Positions 27,215 through 39,900 of a stretch of 64,000 nucleotides of DNA are shown one piece after another. The stretch is from Lingula anatina (lineage: Eukaryota; Animalia; Brachiopoda). The stretch covers positions 20,956,001 to 21,020,000 of the forward strand of contig CM120640.1 of the NCBI GenBank assembly GCA_051362555.1, in the 5' to 3' direction. Under the pieces are notes generated by a model. It was not told where the DNA came from and did no database searches. It saw nothing but the letters and a program-made list of their open reading frames with translations. The translations under genes and the position numbers were made by a program. Positions within the stretch are counted from its first letter, which is position 1. Every line of letters starts with the position of its first letter.

Positions 27215-29773
27215 GTTTTGATATGCTGACAGTGATGAAATTAGACAAATTTTCATTTGATTATATTTACGGCCTAAAAGTCTCATGATTATTTATTGTT
27301 AAGAAATGAGAGATTGTTTTTCATTTTTCAGCTAGTGATGGTACTTTGTTAGTTGAAAAGTTGATTTTCTTTCCCCTTATCTTATCTGCAACTAAAATTA
27401 AGTTTTGTATAATATTATATCATTGAGAAACAAGTTAGTTTTGTTAGGTTTATGTAATATTGTTCACTGTTAAGAAGCTTTTAAGCTGATAATTTAAGTC
27501 ATATAAAATTTGTGTACTCTCACACCAGGCTAGGATAAAATGCTGTCTAAGGAGGCTCATCTATTTTAATGTTTATTGTAACCTGGGACAGATAAAATAT
27601 TTTATTTAACAAAGTTTTAATTGGACAAGTAAAAAAACTTGTCAGGGGGTTGATAGGAACATGCTGTAGAGTTTAAAGTTATGACAGCAACTATCGTATA
27701 AAGATGAAGCTTATAAGAACATTGTTTGTGTAAGTCTGTTTAAAACAAGTGTGGACAAAAATGTTAGATGTTCCAGTTCAGAACATTTACATACATTTGT
27801 CATTGTTGACATTGCATTCTCGTGAAGACTGCAGGAAGTCACCAAAATTGCATAAGTGATAGTTTATAGACTTGAGTATTTGGAAAAATACTAGTAGGTA
27901 ATTTTTCCCAGTATGAACAAAATAACCAGACTAACTGAATATATATGGATGGATATCTGACTTATAGTACGTATTATAACATGTTAAAAGGGGTTATTGG
28001 TGATGCATAAACACTTATATAGCAAAGAAATGGAATTTTCACTGAAATTTTGCCAATTGTTAATTCCTGTACCTGTACCTAAAATTAATTTCTTGAGAAA
28101 ATTAACATCAATTGGTACGTTTTCAAAATCTATTCAAGATCTTTTTTTTTTCAATCCATCAATATTAAGATTTATTCAGTAATATATAAGATACACCGAT
28201 GTGCACATAATTTACCATAAAATTCAGTTAACTTACTGTAAATAACATTCTCCTAGTGTGTAAGAAGGGTTACTTCAGGTATCATATTAATAATTCAATA
28301 ATAATTTTAATGATAACCTTGCTTTATTCAAATGCCATCCAGCAGGATGCTTTTTTCAGATCCCGTTTATATAAAAATACATACATTTAAATATCTTGGT
28401 GGGTTTTGTTCGTATGCAAGTGTATTATTGTGCCATATATTATCTTTTGCCTTTCTCCAATTTGCATGTGTAAGAGACTATGTATTCAAATTCTTTTTAA
28501 AAGACATTTTAACTGCAGTGATATTAACCATATTTTTACAAAGATTATTATTTTACAATGGAACATTGTTAGATATGAATATTTTGTGAATGCTGTTTTA
28601 AAATTGTTTATTGTCTGAACCTTCTGTTATTCAAAGTACTTTCACTTTCATATAGTCATATATTTGATTGCTTACTTCAGCGAAATAGTCAGAGGAGTTT
28701 TTTTAGATGTTCGTGTATAGATAGAAATTTTATGAACACTAGAATTGCAAAAATTTGAACAGCTGCTCGTCGACCATCAATCAATCACATAAGATATAAA
28801 GGATAAAATTTTAGTGAGTATTACCAAAGAAACCTTGGTCTGAACAAATTTAAGCATAACTGTGTCAGTGTTTTGATTTAACTTAAATTTGTTCATCTCA
28901 GAGATGGCAACACTATTGATTCTACTTATTATTAACATAAGTCTCCTTTAGTAGTAGTTTAATCCAAAGATGTTATAGCAAATGGCTTTGCTGTCAATTT
29001 TTCACCTAATTATGCTTGCAACAAGAGTAAAGCAGTAAAACAACTGATACACATAATTACTTAGCACTGAGAATGACAAATTTTCTCTGTGAACTTTGTT
29101 GTGTTTATTTTTACTTTTTACTAAAAATATGAATGTTTAAAATATGACATATGAAAAAATGGAGTTCAACTCTAACATGTATACAAAATAATTCCAAGTT
29201 TGGAAGTGATCATAAAACGTGAAAATAATTTTTCAATGGGGGGGGGGGGGGGCTGTAAAAAATAAAGTCTAAGAAAGTCTTAAGAAAACCTTGTCCAATG
29301 ATGAAAAATGGATAATATATAAAGAATTTTTATAAATTAGCAAAACCAGTATATATTCACACTTAAACCAGATTGGAAAATTGGAAACATGTATCTCAAC
29401 CAGAGGCAAAACAACCCAGTTTTGTCAATTTGTGTCACTGTTTTGATTTGACTGTGCCTGTCCACAATATTTATCACCAAGAACTGTTTATTGTCCAAAT
29501 ATAAATATAGAAAATGAAAATAAAATGGTTTATCACAGTATTTGTGTGTTGTTTGACTCAATACATTTTCATTCTTCACTACTTTGATAATAATTATATC
29601 ACAAAATATGCCAAATTTTGAATCTCATGCCATGCTAAAATTTATGAATGTTGACTTTTCAATCTTTAATTTCTCTACTCTCAACATGAGCATAAAGCCA
29701 CTCTTGCAAGCATCTAAATCACACACTTCAAACCTTTTACCTAATGTATAACAGAGCAAGGACAAACATGCAC

Positions 29774-31323
29774 CTATGCGAGAAATGTGACTTCATGTTT
29801 TTCAGGTTCCTTTGCACTAGCAAGGGGCTGAAAAATTTCACCCTTTCTCATGTGTTGAACAATTAAATAAAATTTATCACAGACTTCATTTGGAATGGGT
29901 AGCTGATCAATCATAAATGTGTGACCAGGAGTTTGTCCCAGCAAAAAAAATTTTTGCTTAATGTTGGATATTCTGTGTAAACCAACCACACAAAGCTGTA
30001 CTCTATGTTCAGCTTCTGGTTATCCCAGTCTAACTTAACAGTCAGTAGCTGACTGTCATCTGGAATGGACTTCAACTGCTTTGGTTCACTCAGGTTCTGA
30101 CTCTGGTTTGAATGGAATGGTTGAAGAGATATGTTTTTGGTATGTAACAAGGTTGTGCTTTCTATCTCATCAAAATCTTTCTGCTGTAATATCTGAAAAT
30201 GGGACAAACAACAATTGTTAAATTTTTAAAAAGACGGCTGAGAAATTAATGTACATGATTCAATTAATTGACTTAAGCTATGTTTCTGGCCTACTAGTAA
30301 AATAAAAAAAAAAGCATTTTTTGCTAAGAAAAGAGAAAAAATCTTTACATTGCTATAGATATATTTAATAATACCCAATACCAATATTTCTACTACTTTG
30401 AGACAGAACACTAGAGCACAGCAGTGTTAACACTATTTTAACTGTAATTATGTTTTGCAAACTTAAAACAATACATGTATATAAATTATATGAATTTTAA
30501 AATGGAGAAAAATTTGAGACTGATAACCATGTCTGACAAACACCACCAAAAAATATTTCACCATTGCTTAAAAGAAAACCTTCAAATTCAATTCCTGAAA
30601 GGAGATTTTTAGAAATCTGCTATGGCAGTGCATTTTAAACATTTTGAAAAATTACCCAACATGTTTACAATAGTTAGCGTTTTGAAAGGCTGAATAAGGT
30701 GAACTAGGGCATAGAGGAATAGTACTGACACTTGCAGTAAAACCAGATACACTGACTGTTTTACACTAGCAATTCGTTCACTGTGGCTCAATAGATCATA
30801 ACCATGTAACATGATAAATACAGTTACCTGTATCTGTCCCAGAAAGATGCCTGCTTCTGTTGTTAGCACTTAAGATTGTTTTGCACACATCCCAAGAGAT
30901 ATTTTTGTTACGTATAACTCCGCCACTATACAGCTCTGACTATTTAAGTCTGAAGACCCTAAAATTCAGGATATTTAAAGATCATGCACTGAACTCTGTT
31001 ATTATACTCATAATTTCATGCTACATGACTCTCAACTGCCATGAGTAATTAAAATATTTTGCTGCTCTTCCAATCTGAAGAGATTTTATGACAAAAAGTG
31101 CTTCTTTTCTACTAACAGCAACAAAATAGCCAAAATAATGTGACTTTTCAGAAGTGAAGTTCTTTCTTAACCTTTACATTATTGTTAATATTTTCTTATT
31201 CTTTCTGCAGCAAATAATCTGCAAGAGAAAACAGTATTATCAGAAAATTTTATAATAATTTTTCAGCTATTGCCTAAAATACGTTACTGTAATACTGTTT
31301 TAACAATATGCAGCAATACCAAT

Positions 31324-31387
<64 letters not shown>

Positions 31388-31793
31388 CACTAGTATGTAC
31401 TAATAAAGGGAATGGAAAGTAGTTTACAACTTTTAAGTCCACAAATGACCATTTCAAGGCATGTAGATATTATCATCAACCAAGAATAAATTCCACTTGA
31501 AACATGTCCAAGATCAATTCTCAAAAACCCAGCAATGCTAGCCATTGAAATAAGATAAGTTTGGAATTTTAAAAAGTATGTGCAACTGAAGTACAATATG
31601 AGGCTTACTTCACTTATAAGAAATAAAAGCACAAAATAACGTTAAAAAGGTTATGCAATTCTTAATCCTTTCATTCTACATTTCATGTGTCATTCATGTG
31701 CTGTTGTTTCTGTTCTTGGGTAAACTGATCATTGGTGAATGTGGGCTGGGGACGCTGTAGACTGAGGTTATGCCATGGAGTGATGGATATTTT
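29774..31793 (-). pseudogene. Decayed duplicate of ENGase exons 9-12
   Basis: Homologous to 54209-56632. Last exon frameshifted near 29945, exon 10 almost entirely deleted (only about 31203-31218 remains), exon 9 truncated, upstream ENGase exons absent. Confidence 0.88.
31327..31383. repeat. (TA)n microsatellite
   Basis: Read directly. Confidence 0.95.
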
Positions 31794-32195
31794 CTAAATG
31801 ACAAAAGTCACATGACATTCACAAGAATTTCAGAATGAATCACCTGTAAAACAAAGGATAATACACTGTATTATATCTAACCTCCTGCTGAATCTGAAGG
31901 GTTTTATTAAGTGTTTTAGCTGTTCCTGGCACTGCTGTCACTTCTGTTTTATCCAGTTGGTTTTCTGTCTCAAGCCCAATGTGTAGTGACCCCTGGGTTA
32001 CAGTCAAAGCAGCACCATCCAGCTGGTGGTCACTTTTACTGAGAACTCTCTCTGAAACTATATAAAAATAGACTGGTTTCATGCACATTGTTTGAATTTA
32101 AGTTTCACCATTTATTACAATCCAACACATCATTTGCACTTATTTTTATTAAAAAATCTACATTGCATTGTCTTTCGTGTGACGTGTATAAATTT

Positions 32196-32421
32196 CACCC
32201 CATTTCCATAGATTTTTAGATCGATCTATCTCTGTGGGGAGTCTCACTAGATTATTGTCAGCTTGGTCAGCTTAAGCGTCTGTTCCGCCTACTAAAAGCT
32301 GTAAGGGGGTAATTAACTATGGTGCCCACTCGGCTGACTGCAATTTAGCGTGAACCCCCAGGGAGTTAGGTCGATCTAAAACTTAATCTTTAGATCGATC
32401 TAAATCTCTGGGAAAGCACCC
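32196..32421. mobile_element. ~225-bp MITE family, three copies in the window
   Basis: Same sequence at 32196-32421, 34537-34716 (partial) and inverted at 46902-47127; TAGATCGATCTA palindromes near both ends. Confidence 0.85.
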
Positions 32422-33113
32422 TTTATGTACTATAATAAAATATGCTGCTTTTTTTCAAGTAACCCAGTCTAAAACTTGTTAAACACAATTTTCAATGTTT
32501 TATAACACAAATTAGATACAATTAAAAATTGAAAATGACTCTGTTGCTATATATGATGATGATAACATTATTTAAAATTTATTTACATAATAGGCTATTA
32601 ATAAAATGGATTATACAATGGTATTACTTTTCAGAGTTCCTGAAAACATTTATATAAGTTTCCTAGCTCTCAATCCATGTCTCAATCCATGGCATGTCAA
32701 CAAACAATAATTAAGTTCAATCATACCACTGTGTTCATAGCTGTCATACATGTATATACATCCTATTAAATAAACTGTTTCTTGGGTAATGGATGGAATT
32801 AATCAACATTTCATTAAAATACCCTTTTATCAATATTTCACATAACACAATTAAACAGAAAATAAATACCACCACCAGAAGGAAATTCACTCTCAAAGTA
32901 CTGCTGTATGGCATTCTTTGTTGTTTGTGGAGTAAATCCCTGCATTGTTATCAGACAGTTGTGCATCTTGGAGTTCTCTAAATTGCATACAAACAATAAA
33001 CATGTGATTTAAGTGACTGGTCGTTGTGATTTTAATGACTAAAAAACCTGCCTTTATTTACACATTCTTTTCAAAGTGGTATTTTATATTTAAATAGGTG
33101 ATGTTGTAATTAA

Positions 33114-33785
33114 AGTCATAGTAACTCTTTGTTTTGGCCAAAAATTGGATTTCCTGGAGTAAACGGCAATTTTCCCGTACTTACCAATGGTCAACGACCC
33201 CATTTCTGCATTCAAAGTTAGTCTAGGGTTTTTTTTTTTTTCTAAACGCTAGGTTTTTTGTTAAAATCTCCTAAGAGATTTTAACTGACGGGGCCCTCTC
33301 TGACATTGCATAGTCACGCGATATCGAGCGGGGTTTTCTGGTGACCTACTTAAAACTGCAGGAAAAGCTGACAACAACAACACTTTATTACAATAAAATA
33401 AAATTCATATGATATAATCGTTTTATTGCTCAAAATGCATTTATATCTACAATGTGTGCAGTTCTGGGCCTTTGGTTATCCGATACACTGTACAAAAACT
33501 CGCAACTTACGTCTGAGGATTGCATCATGCGCCTGCTATATCTTATCCTGCCACATGTTATTTGGCCTCGAATGAACGCGAGAATCCGCCTGACACGCCA
33601 AAGTCCTTGGCAACGGATGCTTTGACGACCCGGAAGAAAGCCACCGAAAGCCCTATTGACAAGCATAGTTTTTAGTTTTACTACAATAACAGCCGTTTTA
33701 GTAGTGAAAAACAATATAATATATTTCCATGCATTGTTTAAAATGTTTTTCTTGCGGAATATTGAATCTCAGAGTTATTATTGCA
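33114..33785. mobile_element. TTAA-targeting Kolobok-like non-autonomous element
   Basis: Flanked by TTAA on both sides; empty site CATTAATTATCCAG near 8062 in copy 1; left end resembles the element at 35874. Confidence 0.6.
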
Positions 33786-35312
33786 TTAATTATCCAGCTC
33801 AAAAGTCACAGTTTATGCAAGTTTACAAATATTTCTGTTTTAATTTGGCCAAATACTAAAGCCAAGTGATATAAAATGGTTTTCAAAACTTGCAAGCTTA
33901 TATTGGTTTTTAAGTCTGAAATTATATACAGTGTTATATAATGTCAATGCATGTACCTGTGATGCCTATTGATCTTTTTCTGTTTTGCTTAATATTTGTC
34001 CAAAAATACATCCATCCATTCACCTGTATGTCATCTTGTCCATCAATCTGTCTATCCTTATTTATAAACTCATTTTGGCATTTTTCTTCAGAATAACTAC
34101 TGCATTCTTTTTTTAAAATATCAATATAATAAAAAATGTAATGAGTACATGTAACATACCTGTGTCCACTGAATGAGATACAGCTTGATATGGAGGTGGA
34201 GGATATGTTGGGCTTACAGGTACATTCCAGACATAGGGACACCTGTAGGACCAGCTGGTGACTGACCATAGCCATGATAACCGTACCCTGTGATGCAAAG
34301 AGGTCCTGATTGTGATGGGTTGGTCCCATGTGATATTCCCAAGCACTATGAAAATATGTAAGTGTATGGAAACATTAAAAACAATTCTGTTTTGCTGAAT
34401 AAAATGAAAATATAAACTATATATAAACTGCATCGGTATGAGTATCAGAATAAATTAAGATCATACAGACATTTAGTGCGCATGTATGTATGTTAGTGTT
34501 AGTGTGTTAGAAAGAGAGAGAAAAGGAACAAAGACCACATTCCCATACATATTTAGATAGATCTATCCCCTTGGGGAGTCTCACTAGATTGGTGTCAGCT
34601 TCACAGGCTTACAGAATGTCTGTCCCGCCTACTAAAAGCTGTAAGGGGGTAATTAACTATGGTGCACGCTCAACTGACAGCAATTTAGCGTGAACCCCCA
34701 GGGAGTTAGGTCAATCCGGATGGATTTTAAAAAATAACCTATCACTGAATTTCCTCTCTTTTGCAAAACTCCAGAACATTTAGTACCTTTATACCGATAT
34801 CTTAAAAAGAATTAAGTAGATCCCCCTTAAGGGGAAAAATTACCATCCCTGGAAATGCCTTAAAATATTAGTTTGTGCTGCACTACGGGGTACTTCTGAA
34901 TGGCGTGCAGAATTAATTTGCAAACATTGAGTTATCATTCAGCCTTATTCAGGCAAAGCTGAATACTGTTCGCGGTAATTGTATAAGACTGCATGATTCG
35001 AACTAGATCTACAGTACATTTACCATTTTGAACAGCTATTTCAGACGTGATACAACTATACGTGTGTTTGCTTGTCCGATTCATACGCCCACCGGTACGT
35101 GCTAATTCATACACAAAGAAACAGTAATGCAAAAATAGTATATATGTGTATTATAGTCTACGAAAACAGCCATTAGCCCATTACCATATGCTAGTCACTG
35201 AATCTGACCAATGCCTCTTTCTCTTTAGTACATACAGTTCACCTCCACCCAAGCGACGGCATCCTTCCTGAAAAAAAAAACATCTTTTTCTCTTTGAGCA
35301 AAGATGCCTGCA

Positions 35313-35553
35313 TAACACGTAAGAAAAATTCCCAAAATTTTTACCCATTGTGTACTTTCGATTTGTGTAGTCACGTGGTGATAAAACCGGGGATTTCCCT
35401 GGTGACGTCAATTTCTACCATATTGTAACCAACGAGCAAAGCGAACGAAACGTCATCGCTTGTTATAACTTTGTAATTTGCGGAGTTTCCAGTTAAGTGT
35501 CTGTGATAGAATTTGATACGATTTCCAGAGACCTTTGAGAAAGGACAGTCTAG
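35313..35553. promoter_or_regulatory. Duplicated promoter and non-coding exon 1 of fusion-gene copy 2
   Basis: GGGGATTTCCC 35389-35399, TGACGTCA 35403-35410, IRF-like ACTTTCGATTT and AAAGCGAACGAAAC retained; donor AG|GTATGT at 35553. Confidence 0.7.
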
Positions 35554-35873
35554 GTATGTTGCTACTGTATTTATTAGTTGAACTTTAATGAGCTGCACAT
35601 TTGAAAAAGCCCTACTTTATTTTCTATTTATATTATTTGGGATATCCAGGGAACATTTATCAATCACCTGGCGTGAGGGCAAATAGAAAGTCAATCTGGC
35701 CACCATTTTATTCCATATGAAATGGGCTACGAAAGTTTAGAGGGTTCTCCACTAGTCAGAATTATAAGGTGGGAGAGAGTGATTGTGGTGAGGGTCCTAC
35801 CAAGTTACTTGCTGTTTTTTTTTTTTTTTTTTTTTTTTTTTTTGGGGGGGGGGGGGCGGGATACACAGTTTAA

Positions 35874-36867
35874 AGGGATAATAACTGTTCGTTTTGGCCA
35901 AAAATGAATTTTCCTGGAGTAAACAATAATTTCCCCATACTTACCAATGGTTAATTAAAGAATCGATTGATACATTCAAAGTTAATTAGTTCCTGTTTTT
36001 TTCTAAATTTTTTATTTTTTATTTTTTTGTAATAATTTTTAAAAGATTATTACAGAGGGTAGGGAGTACCCCCTTAATCACCAATCACAAAGAATTAAAA
36101 CAGGTCAATCACCAATCATGAATATATATGCAGGTCAATCACCATGGCAATCAAGAGGAATTGAAAGCTATCACCATTCATCAAGATAGAAAATTGCTGT
36201 ACTTGCAGGAATGCAAAGAATTTATAACATTACCAGAATGATTTATTTCGTGTTGATTGACAGGAATAATTTACTTAGAGATATTCAGCCATTCTCATTG
36301 GTCAGGGTTCCAGCGACAAAGACTAATTAGGTGATCATATACGAATTGAAGTGGAAAATAGTGAACTATACTCACATTTCCACTTTTCTACCTTCCTCAT
36401 TTGAAGAGTTTGTTGAATTTATCTCCAGTGAGTGATCGCCTTACAATTATGATGCAAAGTTCGGACTTTCTAGAACAAATTCCTGTAACGCTAATTTTAA
36501 AAACGTTTTCACAAATCACGTAGATTTGGAAGGGTAAATTGCGAATCATGTTGATGAATTTATACCAATAACGTGGACAAAGAAGTTCTTGAATCACATT
36601 GCACACAGAATATTGGGCTCAAATGATGCATCATGCTCAAAAAAAATAAGGCCAATGATGCGTAACGCAAAAGGTATTCCCTACCCTCGTTACAGAGTAT
36701 AGCCATTTATGGAGGTCACGTGACGTAGTCCAATGACAAGCTCAGATATCAGAATAATAGCTGTAACTGCCGTTGTTGTGGTAAAACGGAATATATTTTA
36801 TTTCTTTGAGTTGTTTACAATGTTTTTATTGTGAAATATAGATCTCATATGAAGAGTTATTATCCCT
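35874..36867. mobile_element. Kolobok-like non-autonomous element with a nested TIR element (36055-36688)
   Basis: TIR AGGGATAATAACT / AGTTATTATCCCT with TTAA TSD; empty site AGTTTAAGTT near 10646. Nested element has TIR GAGGGTAGGGA(G/A)TACC. Related copies at about 12200-12435 and 40941-41334. Confidence 0.8.
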
Positions 36868-36982
36868 TTAAGTTTTTTAATGCAAGCATGCTTTTCAATA
36901 CATGCTGTTTTTTGTTCCATTCAGTTTGCATGCCTAGGCTTAATTAAAACAAATTGCGTTGTTATGTATTTTAGGAGAAAGA

Positions 36983-39900
36983 ATGGAGCCTGTGGATTCT
37001 AGAAATCAAGTACGTCACAAAAGCAACAAGTCCATTCTGGTGTTGGGTCTACCAAAGACCATTACAGTGCAAAAGATAAAAATACACTTCCAGAAAAAGG
37101 GAAATGGTGGAGGTGATGTTACCTCAGTTATTTACCCATTCAACAAGATAGCAAACACTGCTATTGTGACATTTGGCAAGGATGAAGGTATTTAGCATTT
37201 AAAATTGGATAAATAATGTCTCATTAAATAAGGGGGAACATAATATCTGTTTGATAGGGGCGGATGCAGAGATATTTTCTGACAAACTTTCAAATTACCT
37301 TTTTGATCCATTTTTGACCCTTTTCCAATTAATAGAAAAAGTTGGATGCCCATCAGTGTAAACTTGAAAAATTCTGACTGCCTCCGAAAAACCCATTAGA
37401 TTACCTCTGCCTTCCCCTGTTTGAATAAAAGCTGCAGTAGTTTTGAAATATTTCGGGTACGTTTATTTAATTTTAAGAAATTTATTATAAGCAAGACATT
37501 TTTTCCTGTTTTCTTCTTTGCATGGTCTCCAGGTCATCTGTATGCCCCAGTACCATTATTCCCGTTCACTAATTTTCCCCCAATCTGTAAATGGAATAAA
37601 TTTTGTATTGGTCTGGTAAGTGAAAAAACTAAAAATTGACCCTAGGATATGCTGTATAATATTCAGTCTCTGAAATTTGCTATACTATAGTATTGGCTGA
37701 CATCCATCCCCCCCCCCTTGAATAATTAAAAAATTAATAATGCAGGCTGACCCTGAAATAAAGTTTGTATTTTTGTTAGATTTTATTTGTTGAAAAAACA
37801 AAAAACTAGAATAAATTTTATTTATTGGTCCTGTTTATAGAGAGTCCCCTCTCATTAACAAATTATCAATGTCTAGCCATAGGTCTTATTGTTCTTTTAT
37901 TTATTCTATATGCTATCCCTTCTGAATCAGACCTGTCAACACTCCTAATCTTGTAGGGAGTCTCCCTATTTTGGGAAATATCTCCTGATTTTTCGATTCA
38001 GACCAAAAAATCCTGATCTATCTATTATCACACATGGCAACATGAAGGGACTTCATTGACAAAAGTGGACCATCACATAATTATTTTCTTAGTTTCATTG
38101 ATTGAGGGTACCCTAGGTTCTAGATTTCAGTTTTGCCAGTTCGAGACTTGTGGCTTCCAAATATGGAGCTCCAGGCGAACACAGCTGTGACATACGAGAC
38201 TTGTGACTTCCAAATATGGAAGCGCCCAAGGCAAAATTTTGCCAAACACACCCCTTGCCTGATGCTAGTTTCTAGAGTCAGTTTTTATGTACAGACACAG
38301 ATGTGTCTGTACATATTGCCATCACCTGCGTCTGTCGTCGCCGTCGTCGCCGATGGTGATGCCGATGCCGATGCCGATGCCGATGCCGTGCACTTTCCTT
38401 GTAAACACGATAAGTGGAACACAGTTTTATTTTTTGCTTTTATATTTACAGAGCTGATGAATATTCATAAAATGCAGGTCAAGTTCGAAAATCAGCATGA
38501 TCGGGCCATTATAGTAGAAGTTATGCTGTTTTTTTCACTTTTCAGCATATATACAACCCTGTAAACACATTTTAAGGAAAACCGTTAGGCCTGTTGTCAT
38601 GAAACTCACAGGAGTAATCAATCTTACTAAAACGCAGGACAAGTTTGAAAATTGGCATGATTGGGCCACTATTTTAGTAGTTATGCTGATTTTTTCATTT
38701 TTCAGCATATATGCAACACTGTAAACACAATATAAGAAAAACAGATAGGCCAATTGTCATTAAACTCACAGGAGTGGTCAATCTTACTAAAACGCAGGTT
38801 GAGTTCGAAAATCAGCATAATCAGGCCATTATTTTAGAAGTTATGCTGTTTTTTCACATTTCCTGAGATTCAATTCTTAGGCATGTTAACAGTCTCATTA
38901 TTGAACTAATAAGATACGTAAAAGTGTTTGTTTGACATTTCCTGCATCTTTACAACATTGTTAGTTGATTATGTAAAAATTATGGTAAACTTGTTATCGT
39001 GTTTTGCGTAATAAAGTGTCAAAAATGGAAATAAACTCATATCATTGCAGTTTGTCAGATTCAATCATTCACTATATTCAGAATCTCAGAATGGAAGAAA
39101 TTGGACATTTAACACTGCTCTATTGATATTTTTCCCATCTCATCAATTTTCTTAGTTGATCATATAAAAATGGCAGTAAACTGTTAATTTTGTTTTATGT
39201 TAAAAATTGTTAAAAATGGGGAAAAAACATTTCAGAACAGTGCTGTCTTGTTTACATTTTGGCATTTTCAAGTTTTGACTTTGAAGTTCCATGGGCCTGA
39301 AGACCTTTGCTAATCATATTTTCTGAATATCCATAATACTAATATTTTATTAATAAAAATTGATGGTCATTATGCTGTTAAACATTATGTAATATTGCAT
39401 CAAAATTTGAAAAAAACATATTTTGGGCACTGCTCCCATGATGACCATTTCAGAAAAACCATGTCACTTACTGTTCTCAAACTTACAGTAAAGAAACCTG
39501 GGACTAAAATACAGCTTCAGTAGGCAATGCAATCTGTTTGGTAATTCTTACTGCCAGTTAAACAGTTTTTTTGTGAAACTTTTTTCACATATTGGCATTT
39601 TCAAGGTGTGACTTTGAAGTTCCACGGGCTTGAATACCCATGCTAGTCACATTTTCTGAAAATACATGATACGTATATTTTATTATTAAAAATTGACGGT
39701 CATTATGCTGTTAACCATTATGTAATATTGCATCAGAATAGAAGAAAACACAATTTTGGGTGCTGCTGCCATGATGACCATTATGGGAAAACCATGTTAC
39801 TTATGATTACCAAACTTTCAAAAAAGATATACAGGACTAAAATGCAGCCTGAGTTGGAAAAACAGTCTAATTGGCTTCTTTTTCTGGAAGTTATACATTT

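Larger units (their letters stand above)
31888..35312 (-). pseudogene. Decayed duplicate of the 5' end of the poly-RRM gene
   Basis: Remnants of exon 6 (32057-31888, cut at the breakpoint), exon 5 (32977-32870, deleted 3' part), exon 4 (34354-34160, indel and lost acceptor) and exon 1 (35312-35185, METNTD segment deleted); exons 2-3 missing. Confidence 0.88.

Noticed and set aside
27997-28618. Small ORFs repeated at 52423-53018
   Set aside because: Non-ATG or weak starts, AT-rich, frame differs between copies at a poly-T run; 3' non-coding sequence shared through duplication.
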